Sequence record: NC_070958.1
Strand: one strand, 5' to 3'
Length of the DNA stretch: 64,000 nucleotides
Every line of letters starts with the position of its first letter. Within the stretch, counting starts at the first letter, position 1. Below are positions 46,078 through 55,675 of this stretch, one piece after another. The notes beneath the pieces are model-generated. The model made no database searches. It saw nothing but the letters and a program-made list of their open reading frames with translations, and was not told where the DNA came from. The translations under genes and the position numbers were made by a program.

Positions 46078-49000
46078 TTAAGTAGTCAGTGTGATCGTTG
46101 CTACGAAGGTGGGTTTGACTTCGCCTTCCCAAGTACCTGCACGGAACTTGGCACGAACAGTAACCTTCTCATCAGGTGTCACTCTAGCAGGATTTGTAAA
46201 CCGCACACCTTCCTGACTGAATTTCACCCGAGGGCTGTTGGACTCACCATTCACACTGTAACTGATGATCTCGACCAAGTTTCTGGCGGTATTCTCAACA
46301 ACCTCTCCAGTTTCTGTATTGCGATACACGACATTCCAGGGTTGGAAATATTCGTGGTCCCATTCGCCTTCAACCAACTCGTGTACCCAACCAGCCAAGA
46401 GTGGAGGTTTATGGGTAAACACTTGACCTGATTCGATGAACCATCCAGTGAGTCCTACCGGACTCACAAGCAACGGTTGATAAGGACGCTCAATCGGAGT
46501 GATGCTGTTCTCTACTGGGGTGCTGTGGACTACAGCTCCACTATTGAGAACACTACCTCTATTACCGTTAAGGTCGACCACATGTACGTCATGAGCATCC
46601 ATGGCCAAATCGTTCATCCGGAGATATTGGAAACTGAGAACTGCCTCCATGTCTTCCGGATTGCTTGTCAGCTCAAACCCAGGATTCTTCCCGTAAGGAG
46701 GAATGGGAGGACCTTTAAGGACGTTACCCTTTATGGGGTTATCCAGACCTGGATATGTGATTTCCAGAACATAGGTTCCGTTACCCATAGGTTCTGTCCA
46801 CAGGTTACCATGCGGGACATCTGTGTGGAACACTGCGAACATCGTTCCTTCCTCAACCTTCGCCTCAACAATCCCGACCAAAGGCATTTTCAAGTTGACA
46901 ACGCTAGGAAGGAAGGAAGGAAGAACGTTTTTCAACATCGCAAAACTTGTCGTCCCGGACGACTCTTTCCTGAACTGGACCGCTTGGGGGATGTGGGTGT
47001 TACCCAAACCTTGATGGTAGAAGTAAGCCCACTGATCAGGGATCGATACTTCTTTGTCCTGGACTTTGAAGTTCAGAACAGGTCGGATCAACGAAGCTGG
47101 GAGATTTTCATCGATCACCCGGAGTTTCAAACTGACACTCTGTCTGTTGGTCACCTGACCATAAGGTATTTCCTCATGGATAAACTCCAGGTTATTGAGA
47201 ATCCCACTCACACTTTCGAAAGTAACTGGGACGGCATACTCATTGGTATAAGGAGTGCCGATTAACGGTGTAAATACCAACGAACGTTCACCAGGACTAT
47301 AAGTGCACGTGATATCGGGATAAACCACTTTAGGAGTAAGAGTGACAGTGACAACGTTGAAATACTGCAACCCGTCCTTGATGCATCCTACTGGAAGGGT
47401 CAGGGAGATTTCTGTGCCGTGGACATAGTCCTTATCCAGAACCACGATCTTGGTCATCTCGACCATCTTACCGTCTTTATCGGCGAATGGGCTGTCGAGG
47501 AAACCGGTCTTGAGTACTTGGACGAGACTCTTGTTGTAAAAACCTTCCTTCAAGAACCAATCACGAATATAGAGTTCGTTGGGCCTGCTAGGATGAACCA
47601 ACGCCTCAATGGCGAGCTTGGATTCACCGGCGAGATCAAGGTCAGTGCGACATTCGATCACTTGGAGTTGATGATAAAGATCCAACGTCCAGATGGTCTC
47701 ATACTCATCGTGCTGGAAACGGGTTTGCAATTCAAACCACTCGCCAGGATGTGAAGCGATAAAACGTTCAGTACTCCCATATGGCCGGATCAGGGGATCG
47801 GAAATAATGCGGTACAGATCGTCCGCGGTACCGTCCATATCGTACTCGTGTGGATCACCCCAGGGTTCATTGGGATTCGATGTCGGGAAAACCCACAGGT
47901 CACGGAAACCAGGATGGTTAAACTCATGTTCAACCGTCAATTGAAGTTTCGCGGAGAACAATGGATCCGTACCAGCTGTCGGGACTTGTGCAAAATCAAA
48001 AGACAAATCCTTCATCCGGGCACCTGCTATGAACGGATGAACTGCAACACGCTTATCGAATGTCATCGACAGTTCAGCGTTGTCGCAACCAGTGACACGA
48101 CACTCGATATGGTGAAGTCCCAATTTCTCTACATAGGTCATTTGACCGATGTCTGCGAAAGGTCCCTTAAGTTCCCAACTGTCGGGAATAGCGGTAATTT
48201 TCTCTGCGTCATCTCCCAGAAGGAACATGAATCCCTGTGGGAGAGTCACACGACCAGCATTTTTGTAATAGAAGGAACCGGCTTTGGTTGCAATAAAACC
48301 ATTATTCCGGAAACGCGATTGGTCTAAAGTGGCTTCGAACATGAACGTCGAGTCAGAACTAACTTTCTTATCCCCTTGTTCATTGGAGAGTTCTGCTTCG
48401 AACACCAAGGAGGAAGATTCCAAGGTCTCCATGTGGAGAGGAAGAATAAACTCCAGCTCAGCGGTATATTCAAGATCGTTGATCTTTCTCAGACTGCCGG
48501 TGAAGTCTTTAGTGAATACCGCGGGACCAGCCCAGCGCAAGTTCTTTCCTACCAACACACTGGGTTCGAAATCGGGTTTCTTACTCAATGTCAGGTTGAC
48601 TGTAACACTCCCCACGTTTTCGTCATAGGCGACCTTTTTGGGGAAAATCGCCAGAAACGTTTTCTCGGATTCTTCGTCCAGTTTATCTCCAGACAAGAGT
48701 ACGATTTCACCAGTTCCATCGATAGCCAAGTCTTCGATAATCACACTCTGCGGATCTACCGCCGGATTAATAGATGTGGGGAAGTGGAACCCACTCATCT
48801 TCTCGAAGATGATGTCGGTAACAACCGGGAAGTTGTATATGTCATTACCCAGGAGTGCTTTGCGGGCGAAGTAGTAGAACTTGTTTGTTTCTACCACGTA
48901 GAAGTAATCTCCCTTTCCTGTATGGAAAGGTGCCATAGCGATCATGTCGCTAACAGTAGCGCATTCATAGAGTCCTGTGAAAGTTTTGGTGTGCTGGACC

Positions 49001-49314
49001 AAATCCATGAACAACTCTTTGAAGGGAAGCGGATGAACCTCTACGTCAAAACGTGCGTATCCGTTAGTACGGTAAGCAATGGTACTGTACGTTACGCCGT
49101 CTTTTACAACGGGCGGCTCTACACTGTTGTTAGTGGGGGTCGGATTCAGATAACGTTTGCGCAATTCCGCTATCTGTTCTTCCGTCGGGTTTTTGAGCTC
49201 GGCGATACGCTCTTCACACACCTTAGCCAGCGCAATTTTAACTGCTGGCCAAGAAGGGCTGAGGATCGACCGATCACGGTTAATCGTGAAATCGACTGAC
49301 ATGGGTTTCTCCAT
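46078..49314 (-). CDS. Large putative tail/baseplate structural protein
   Basis: 1078-aa ORF; shared N-terminal domain (PSWPAVKIALAK...KRYLN...GYARFDVEVHPLPFKELF). Confidence 0.8.
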   Translation of the reverse strand: MEKPMSVDFTINRDRSILSPSWPAVKIALAKVCEERIAELKNPTEEQIAELRKRYLNPTPTNNSVEPPVVKDGVTYSTIAYRTNGYARFDVEVHPLPFKELFMDLVQHTKTFTGLYECATVSDMIAMAPFHTGKGDYFYVVETNKFYYFARKALLGNDIYNFPVVTDIIFEKMSGFHFPTSINPAVDPQSVIIEDLAIDGTGEIVLLSGDKLDEESEKTFLAIFPKKVAYDENVGSVTVNLTLSKKPDFEPSVLVGKNLRWAGPAVFTKDFTGSLRKINDLEYTAELEFILPLHMETLESSSLVFEAELSNEQGDKKVSSDSTFMFEATLDQSRFRNNGFIATKAGSFYYKNAGRVTLPQGFMFLLGDDAEKITAIPDSWELKGPFADIGQMTYVEKLGLHHIECRVTGCDNAELSMTFDKRVAVHPFIAGARMKDLSFDFAQVPTAGTDPLFSAKLQLTVEHEFNHPGFRDLWVFPTSNPNEPWGDPHEYDMDGTADDLYRIISDPLIRPYGSTERFIASHPGEWFELQTRFQHDEYETIWTLDLYHQLQVIECRTDLDLAGESKLAIEALVHPSRPNELYIRDWFLKEGFYNKSLVQVLKTGFLDSPFADKDGKMVEMTKIVVLDKDYVHGTEISLTLPVGCIKDGLQYFNVVTVTLTPKVVYPDITCTYSPGERSLVFTPLIGTPYTNEYAVPVTFESVSGILNNLEFIHEEIPYGQVTNRQSVSLKLRVIDENLPASLIRPVLNFKVQDKEVSIPDQWAYFYHQGLGNTHIPQAVQFRKESSGTTSFAMLKNVLPSFLPSVVNLKMPLVGIVEAKVEEGTMFAVFHTDVPHGNLWTEPMGNGTYVLEITYPGLDNPIKGNVLKGPPIPPYGKNPGFELTSNPEDMEAVLSFQYLRMNDLAMDAHDVHVVDLNGNRGSVLNSGAVVHSTPVENSITPIERPYQPLLVSPVGLTGWFIESGQVFTHKPPLLAGWVHELVEGEWDHEYFQPWNVVYRNTETGEVVENTARNLVEIISYSVNGESNSPRVKFSQEGVRFTNPARVTPDEKVTVRAKFRAGTWEGEVKPTFVATITLTT

Positions 49315-49438
49315 TTGGTTTGTTATTACTTATTACCTAGGCATAGCATTCGGAAATAAATAAAGAACATAAAAGACACCCCCAGCCTAAGCCAGGAGTG
49401 CCTTTATTTAAGCTTACAAATGGGCAATGACGCACAAG

Positions 49439-49909
49439 TTATTCAGTCAGGGTTCTGAGGACGCCACAGATGCTGTAATTGTGGGTGATAAAGTCATGAC
49501 TACCCATGGTATCCTTGACTTGAGCTGGCTCGGAGGACTGGTGTATCCCACGAATTATCCAACTATCCGGGTCGCTCTGATGAATGGTGTAACCCATCAA
49601 GATGAAGTTCTCTTCCATCTCTTCTATGTTTGCCATCACGCTAGGACTGTAGCAAACTCCTTTGGATATTCTCCAGGTGGGCTCATTACCCCCGTTGACC
49701 ATCACTATTGTGAAGCCACGGGAAATGAAGCTGGAAAGAGCCTTCTCGAGGTGACTTGCATTCCCCTCGGATTGCCGTTCTTCGATCAAGAAAGCCGCTA
49801 CTTCGGGACTGTCTTTACGGAAGGTTTCTCCGAACAACTTATCGCTCTGTTGACGACGAGCGACGTTATCGTTCACCGCTGTCATTATCCAGTTATGAAA
49901 ACCTTTCAT
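49439..49909 (-). CDS. Hypothetical protein
   Basis: AAGGAG RBS before ATG 49909 (MKGFHNW), directly downstream of nrdB. Confidence 0.7.
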   Translation of the reverse strand: MKGFHNWIMTAVNDNVARRQQSDKLFGETFRKDSPEVAAFLIEERQSEGNASHLEKALSSFISRGFTIVMVNGGNEPTWRISKGVCYSPSVMANIEEMEENFILMGYTIHQSDPDSWIIRGIHQSSEPAQVKDTMGSHDFITHNYSICGVLRTLTE

Positions 49910-49925
49910 TGTTAACTCCTTGGTG

Positions 49926-51059
49926 TTAGATGGTGATGTCGTCGAATGCACCTTCTTCTACGGTAGAGTCGATCTGCCCTACCAGGTAGGACTTGACTTC
50001 TACTTCTTGAGGTGCTACTTGGACGTTATCACTGTTCAGGTGGGTATTGATCCACGGGATCGGGTTACTGTTGGAACCAGGGAACGCTTCCGGGAGACCG
50101 ATAGCCTTCATGCGGATGTTGGTGATGTACTCGACGTACTGACAGAGGATGGTCTTATTGAGACCGATCATGGAACCATCCTGGAAGAGATAGTTGGCCC
50201 ACTCCTTCTCTTGGTCGGCAGCGTCCTTGAAGATTTTCTGAGATTCCTGGAAACACTCCATGGCGATCTCCATCATCTCCGGATCATCACGGCCATCAGC
50301 CATGAGGTTCAGCATATGCTGAGTACCGGTAAGGTGAAGAGCCTCGTCCCTGGCGATCATTGAGATGATCTTGGCATTACCTTCCATCAGTTCGCGTTCA
50401 GCGAATGCGAAGGAACAGGCGAAAGAAACATAGAACCGGATTGCTTCCAGGGCGTTGATGGACTGGAGACAGAGGTAGAGTTTCTTCTTGATGTCGCGTT
50501 TCTTGACGACCACCTGTTTACCGTCGATGACGTGAGAACCTTCACCAACGGAATGAAGAAGGTTGGTCAGGTTGATCAGATCGTCGTAGTACTTGGAGAT
50601 ATCCTTGGCACGTTTCAGAATGTGCTCGTTCTGAACGATGTCGTCAAACACCACCGAGGGATCAGTGAAGATGTTCCGAAGGATGTGGGTGTAGGAACGA
50701 CTGTGGATAGTCTCGGAGAAAGACCAGGTCTCAATCCAGGTTTCCAGTTCAGGGATGGAAACCAGCGGGAGCAGTGCTACTGAAGGAGCGCGGCCTTGGA
50801 TGGAGTCCAGCAGAGTCTGGTACTTCAGGTTGGAGATGAAGATGTGCTGCTCGTGGGGAGGCAGCGCTTTGAAGTCGATAGCATCGCGACTAACGTCGAC
50901 TTCTTCGGGACGCCAGAAGAAAGAGAGTTGTTTCTCGATCAGTGCTTCGAAGATGAAGAACTTCTGCTGGTCGTACCGGGATACGTTTACAGACTGACCC
51001 AGGAACATGTGTTCTTTCAGTTGATCATTCTGGGTCGGGTTAAATACGGAATAAGACAT
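49926..51059 (-). CDS. nrdB: Ribonucleotide reductase class Ia beta subunit
   Basis: [57 protein letters not shown] and IARDEALH motifs; start MSYSVF (ATG 51059) after AAGGAAA. Confidence 0.97.
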   Translation of the reverse strand: MSYSVFNPTQNDQLKEHMFLGQSVNVSRYDQQKFFIFEALIEKQLSFFWRPEEVDVSRDAIDFKALPPHEQHIFISNLKYQTLLDSIQGRAPSVALLPLVSIPELETWIETWSFSETIHSRSYTHILRNIFTDPSVVFDDIVQNEHILKRAKDISKYYDDLINLTNLLHSVGEGSHVIDGKQVVVKKRDIKKKLYLCLQSINALEAIRFYVSFACSFAFAERELMEGNAKIISMIARDEALHLTGTQHMLNLMADGRDDPEMMEIAMECFQESQKIFKDAADQEKEWANYLFQDGSMIGLNKTILCQYVEYITNIRMKAIGLPEAFPGSNSNPIPWINTHLNSDNVQVAPQEVEVKSYLVGQIDSTVEEGAFDDITI

Positions 51060-51279
51060 TCTCGGTTTCCTTGTGTTTGGTTGAAAAGAAATCATTACTT
51101 AGCGAACAATTAAAGTTCTGGTTAGAAATAAAATAAATTACTTTTAGACTTCGGTTATAATACAATGAACTTAGATGAGAACTTCCGAAGGGGAGGGGAA
51201 AGGGGGAATATTTCTATATAAGCGATTACGTAGTAATCATCCTTTTATCTTTGTCTTTAAGATCCAAAGTCTTTCAGGT

Positions 51280-51297
51280 AGATATCATTAAAGTGTA
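51280..51297 (+). promoter_or_regulatory. Putative phage promoter motif, copy 7
   Basis: AGATATCATT-aaag-TGTA. Confidence 0.7.
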
Positions 51298-51326
51298 ATT
51301 ACAACCATTTTTAATTGGAGCAAGTT

Positions 51327-51521
51327 ATGTCTAAGCATATTCTTATTGGTATGATCATTGGTACTATTCTGTTGATCGGTTCTGTACTCGGTTTTAAAAC
51401 TGAACTGGTGAATAACCTGGAAGGTTTCTTTATCGCTGGGTTTACAGTTGGGTTCTTCTTGGTGGCTAGTTCTGCTATTGCCGCTCTGGGTGAATACGCT
51501 AACAACGGAAAGAAGGAATAA
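51327..51521 (+). CDS. Small two-TM membrane protein
   Basis: GGAG RBS before ATG 51327; two hydrophobic segments. Confidence 0.7.
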   Translation: MSKHILIGMIIGTILLIGSVLGFKTELVNNLEGFFIAGFTVGFFLVASSAIAALGEYANNGKKE

Positions 51522-51524
51522 ATC

Positions 51525-51941
51525 ATGGCTAAGACTTTCCGTAAGGCTGATACTATCAGTTCTAACTATCCCCTGTACGCTGTTGTGAATGCGGACGCTA
51601 AATCCACAAAGAACCTGACAGTGTTTCCGCAACAATTGGTTCAGAAGTTATCTCAATGGAAGTATATGCGAATCACTCAAGTCGGTGATCGTGTTATCTT
51701 CTTCTTTACCGATAAGAAGTCTGCTCTGGACTTCGATCTCTCTGCCGGCCGGATCCTGGTCAATCTTGACAAGATGAGCTCTAGTGGTCGTGATTGGCAC
51801 GAGTACCTCGTCGACTCAATACAGGGTAAGGTTACGTTCGAGAGTAACTATGGTATCGACGACATCATGGACATGGTCAAAGTCATTCGTCCTGACCTGG
51901 GTGGTGATACCGAAACCATTTTGAGAATACTCGATAAATGA
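51525..51941 (+). CDS. Hypothetical protein
   Basis: AAGGA RBS; followed by a UUCG terminator. Confidence 0.75.
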   Translation: MAKTFRKADTISSNYPLYAVVNADAKSTKNLTVFPQQLVQKLSQWKYMRITQVGDRVIFFFTDKKSALDFDLSAGRILVNLDKMSSSGRDWHEYLVDSIQGKVTFESNYGIDDIMDMVKVIRPDLGGDTETILRILDK

Positions 51942-51943
51942 AC

Positions 51944-51963
51944 GAGGGGTCTTCGGACCCCTC
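51944..51963 (+). terminator. Intrinsic terminator
   Basis: GAGGGGTC-TTCG-GACCCCTC followed by TTTATT. Confidence 0.85.
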
Positions 51964-52004
51964 TTTATTATCTCTTATTTTCTTTTGTCTAAAACAACTC
52001 AGAT

Positions 52005-52022
52005 AGATATTATCTTGATGTA
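52005..52022 (+). promoter_or_regulatory. Putative phage promoter motif, copy 8
   Basis: AGATATTATC-ttga-TGTA. Confidence 0.7.
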
Positions 52023-52056
52023 CCAACAAGAACTAATGTTAACAAAGGAGAAACAA

Positions 52057-52440
52057 ATGAAAGTAACTGTAACTTGGAACGCACCTCAAAGCACACCTGC
52101 TGGTGAACTCGCCCTGAATCTTCCAAAGGAACTTCGTGAAGGTGTTTTCATCGGACGTTCTCCGTATCACGGGGCATGTCATTCATTCAAGGTGTCCGGT
52201 GAACGAGAAGCTGTCGAGGAGTGGTTTAAACGGCTCCAGGTGCTCTCCCCGATGAATACCGAGACCATCGATCGGGTAATTGCCGAAATCGCTAAGCGAG
52301 TTGCTGGTGCGCTTTACGAAGGTCACACAGCAATCCGTGTTAACGCCGCCGAGATCAAGGTAATCGAGAAACCTGATTTCGATACCGAGTTCACCTCGTT
52401 TCTCTTTGAAACCCGTGAACAAACCGCAATCACTTTTTAA
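52057..52440 (+). CDS. Hypothetical protein (possible paralog of 52450..52947)
   Basis: AAGGAG RBS before ATG 52057 (MKVTVTWNAPQ). Confidence 0.75.
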   Translation: MKVTVTWNAPQSTPAGELALNLPKELREGVFIGRSPYHGACHSFKVSGEREAVEEWFKRLQVLSPMNTETIDRVIAEIAKRVAGALYEGHTAIRVNAAEIKVIEKPDFDTEFTSFLFETREQTAITF

Positions 52441-52449
52441 GGAACTATC

Positions 52450-52947
52450 ATGCACGATTGGCTGGAAGGAACTAAAGGTTATAACGAGTGTGTTGTTCAG
52501 GTCAGACTCGACGCACCCCAGGATAGCCGCACTGGCTACATGTTGAACAACATGCTTTACAGCAACACCGATCTCACTGAACTGGCACCAGACTTCCGGG
52601 GTTGCCCTCACAACGGTGGTGAACACACTTGTACTGTAACTGGTACTCGACAAGAAGTCATCGCCTGGTTGGATTTGGTTGTGGATGAGTATCCTGATTG
52701 GGAGTACGCTGCAACCAAGATCAAGGGACATATCCGCAAAGAGTTCCTCGGAACTGAATGGCGTAAATATGGTCGAATCAACATCCATCTGAAAAAGATG
52801 GAATGCCTGAAGTTGGAACGGGGTCAAGATCGCCCCGATATCAAACCGTGGTTCAAGGGTGAGTGGGAAAACGAAGAGCGTAAGAACTTCAAACCCACTC
52901 GTCGTCAACAACTCATCAACGAAAAGAACCGTACTGGTCGCCGTTAA
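52450..52947 (+). CDS. Hypothetical protein (possible paralog of 52057..52440)
   Basis: AAGGA RBS; shares APQ...G and HxxxVxGxRxxVxxW patterns with the previous gene. Confidence 0.75.
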   Translation: MHDWLEGTKGYNECVVQVRLDAPQDSRTGYMLNNMLYSNTDLTELAPDFRGCPHNGGEHTCTVTGTRQEVIAWLDLVVDEYPDWEYAATKIKGHIRKEFLGTEWRKYGRINIHLKKMECLKLERGQDRPDIKPWFKGEWENEERKNFKPTRRQQLINEKNRTGRR

Positions 52948-52956
52948 GGAATCATC

Positions 52957-53742
52957 ATGTCAATAGCAAACAAAGAAATCAACATCTTAACCATAAAAGA
53001 TCTCAACAATGAAGTTGGGAGACGCCACCACACCCAAGGGTACAAAATTTCGTTCCCGTTCGTGTCTGGCTGTAACATGACCCTTTTACCATTGCTGGTA
53101 CTTGGGGGTGATCCTGTTAGAGACCTCCGAACTGCAATGGTCAAGATGACCAACGAACCCACTCCAGCCACCTATCACGAGTTTTACATTACTGGTGATG
53201 ATCTGGCTGAAAAGGAAAATCAGGAGTTTATCGAAGAGTGGTTGGGTAAGACTCACGGTTCATCAGGGTTGGGCAGAACCCTATCTGGGGAGGATGATGA
53301 TAAGTTTAACAAGCTCATTGCTCTGGTCGATGAAACCTACGATAAAATTTGTTTTTACCATTCCGGTGAACGAATCTTTGTCTGGGTGAGCTCTTTCAAG
53401 CAGGATTATCCCAATGATACCTTGACAGGATTCGGCAGGTTTGAATACAGATGTTACAGCAGTAGTGCCCTGAAAGCCGCTACCTTTATGGATGATTTCA
53501 ATAACCTCTACGGACTGATCACTGTACTTCCCAAAGGTGCTTTCATAGATGATGGCGGTGTGCTGGTGAATAATAGTGGAAGGTCCATCCATCTCGAGTT
53601 CATCGAGAATGACAAAGAACCGTCCACGGAACAGTACACCAAGGAAGAAGTTGTGAAACTGGTGCGGTTCATCGACAACTCCATTACGGACGAAGAACTC
53701 GAAACACTACTTCGTGTTATGAAGAAGAGGACCGTTTCGTGA
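52957..53742 (+). CDS. Hypothetical protein
   Basis: 261-aa ORF with AAGGA RBS. Confidence 0.8.
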   Translation: MSIANKEINILTIKDLNNEVGRRHHTQGYKISFPFVSGCNMTLLPLLVLGGDPVRDLRTAMVKMTNEPTPATYHEFYITGDDLAEKENQEFIEEWLGKTHGSSGLGRTLSGEDDDKFNKLIALVDETYDKICFYHSGERIFVWVSSFKQDYPNDTLTGFGRFEYRCYSSSALKAATFMDDFNNLYGLITVLPKGAFIDDGGVLVNNSGRSIHLEFIENDKEPSTEQYTKEEVVKLVRFIDNSITDEELETLLRVMKKRTVS

Positions 53743-54140
53743 TTACTCGTCAAACCTTTAAGAACTTGGATGCGGAACTTCCATCGCTTTCAAGCTTCTT
53801 TCTGGCAAACATTCCGTGTGCGGAAGTTAATGGATACTTGGTGATCCAAGCCAATGCTAGGAAGTTTCCCGAGAAACTGCTCATGCTGGCCAGGAAGTAT
53901 CCAGGAATCACGATCCAACACTGCAATGGTAAATTGTTGTTCGGTGGATCATTAGTGGGACCTGGTATCCCTGAAAGAACGGAGAAAAGAGACGGGACGT
54001 TTACGTTTCATATCTCCACCTACCCAGAACTTGCAACACCTAGATTCTGGGCGACACTTTCTATGCTTGCTCAAGCTCAACGTAAAACCTGGGTCACCGA
54101 GTTCACAAGCTACCTAAAACCTGTACAAAACAACTATTAA
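53739..54140 (+). CDS. Hypothetical protein
   Basis: GTGA-coupled; GAGGA RBS. Confidence 0.7.
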   Translation: MITRQTFKNLDAELPSLSSFFLANIPCAEVNGYLVIQANARKFPEKLLMLARKYPGITIQHCNGKLLFGGSLVGPGIPERTEKRDGTFTFHISTYPELATPRFWATLSMLAQAQRKTWVTEFTSYLKPVQNNY

Positions 54141-54150
54141 GGAAAAGATC

Positions 54151-55665
54151 ATGCAAAACACCAAAATGATGAGTGAGAACAAAGACTGGATCGTTTACAG
54201 CAACTACTGGCGCACCACCTCGCGGATCCTTGAACGTATGGGTGGCGAGTACACCAGCCAGGTTGAAATCAATCTGTCCGACGAGAACAACTCTGCCGAA
54301 GCTTTGGCAGAATTGCGTATTCGTCAACATACCACTCCACCGTCCCTCCGTGATGTGATCAGTCACTATTACGAAACTTCTGTCCACGACAAACTGGTTG
54401 AGCTGATCGGACCTGATAAAGCCTGGATCGCTGAGCACTGCAACATCCTCCCGTTCATTGACTGGCCGGAGTATAACCGGAAATGTAATGGTGGGGTCCC
54501 GTTGATCGAGTGTCTGAAAGAACTGGCGCCCCCGGTCCATGCGTACAGTGCGGTGAACGCGGTCAAGTTGAATACGTATCCGACTCGCGAACAGTTCTTC
54601 TACGACTTCGTTCTTGATGAATGGGATCGTGAGCTGGGGCACTTGGAGTTCATCTGCGGTTCCATCATTATGTATGCAGCCGCTTCCGCCAGGTTGTTCT
54701 TCATGTTCAATCCTTCCAGTGAGACATTCCATCTTTTCCTGAAGTGTCGTGACAGTGCTAACGGCAGTGCCCAGGTTATGATGAGTGCCGATTTGGAAGG
54801 TCTCAAGAAGTGGCATGAAAGTACTCGTGGGATGGTTAGCTCGTTCTTCCAGGATGACTACGAAGGGATCTATCCTGATACCGCCATTCTTCAAAAGGGG
54901 ATGACGGATGGGATCAACTACCTGATCTGGAAATACCTGGTCAAAGATGTGATCACTGAGAAACCCAAGGAGATCGAACGTCGTTGGATGATCACTGATC
55001 GCAAGGTAGCTCTCCAGCGTCTTGTGGGCTCCGTGTGTAAGAGTGTTCAACAATTCTACACACCGGACGGCACCCGTTACCGCCAGACCATCAACGAAGA
55101 CCAAATTACCACTTACGAGAAAACCGTGAAGACTGGTAAGGGTCTGGTCAGGACCGAAGTGAACACCCCGATCACTCACAAAGCGTATCTGGATATGTAT
55201 CACGCGCTTGACTGTCCTAAGCCGGTGAATAAGCTCCGTTATGAATACCATCACAAAGGCTATTGTTTTGATGTTGATGTTTACACCGACAACAAGATGA
55301 TCACCGCTGAGCTGGAGTTCAAAACAGTCAAGGAAGCGAAAGAGTTCCATAAGGTACCTGATTGGTTCGGTGAAGAGATCACTGATCTGGAAGGCGTCAG
55401 TAACTTCGACATCTTCAAAACGATCAATGAAAAGCCGAAGGTAACTCTGGAACAACTCACGATGCACATGAAAGGTCGTGAACTTCGTTTTGTTTACAAG
55501 AACTACCGTGGTGATGTAGCCACTCGCCGGGTATCTCGACCGTTCTCTATCAAGTTCGGGTCTAACGAGTATCACGAAGAAGAACAGTGGTTGTTGGAAG
55601 CGTGGGATCTTGACAAGAACCTCCCTCGTGTATTCGCAATGAAAGACATCATCGAGTTTAAATAA
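54151..55665 (+). CDS. Unknown N-terminal domain + CYTH (triphosphate tunnel) domain + C-terminal WYL domain
   Basis: CYTH: KEIERRW, RYRQT, TYEKTVKTGKGLVRTEVN, KLRY, DVDVY, AELEF, PDWFGEEIT..SN. WYL: LRFVYKNYRGDVATRRVSRP...WLLEAWDLDKNLPRVFAMKDI. Confidence 0.8.
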   Translation: MQNTKMMSENKDWIVYSNYWRTTSRILERMGGEYTSQVEINLSDENNSAEALAELRIRQHTTPPSLRDVISHYYETSVHDKLVELIGPDKAWIAEHCNILPFIDWPEYNRKCNGGVPLIECLKELAPPVHAYSAVNAVKLNTYPTREQFFYDFVLDEWDRELGHLEFICGSIIMYAAASARLFFMFNPSSETFHLFLKCRDSANGSAQVMMSADLEGLKKWHESTRGMVSSFFQDDYEGIYPDTAILQKGMTDGINYLIWKYLVKDVITEKPKEIERRWMITDRKVALQRLVGSVCKSVQQFYTPDGTRYRQTINEDQITTYEKTVKTGKGLVRTEVNTPITHKAYLDMYHALDCPKPVNKLRYEYHHKGYCFDVDVYTDNKMITAELEFKTVKEAKEFHKVPDWFGEEITDLEGVSNFDIFKTINEKPKVTLEQLTMHMKGRELRFVYKNYRGDVATRRVSRPFSIKFGSNEYHEEEQWLLEAWDLDKNLPRVFAMKDIIEFK

Positions 55666-55675
55666 GGAGTGCAGG

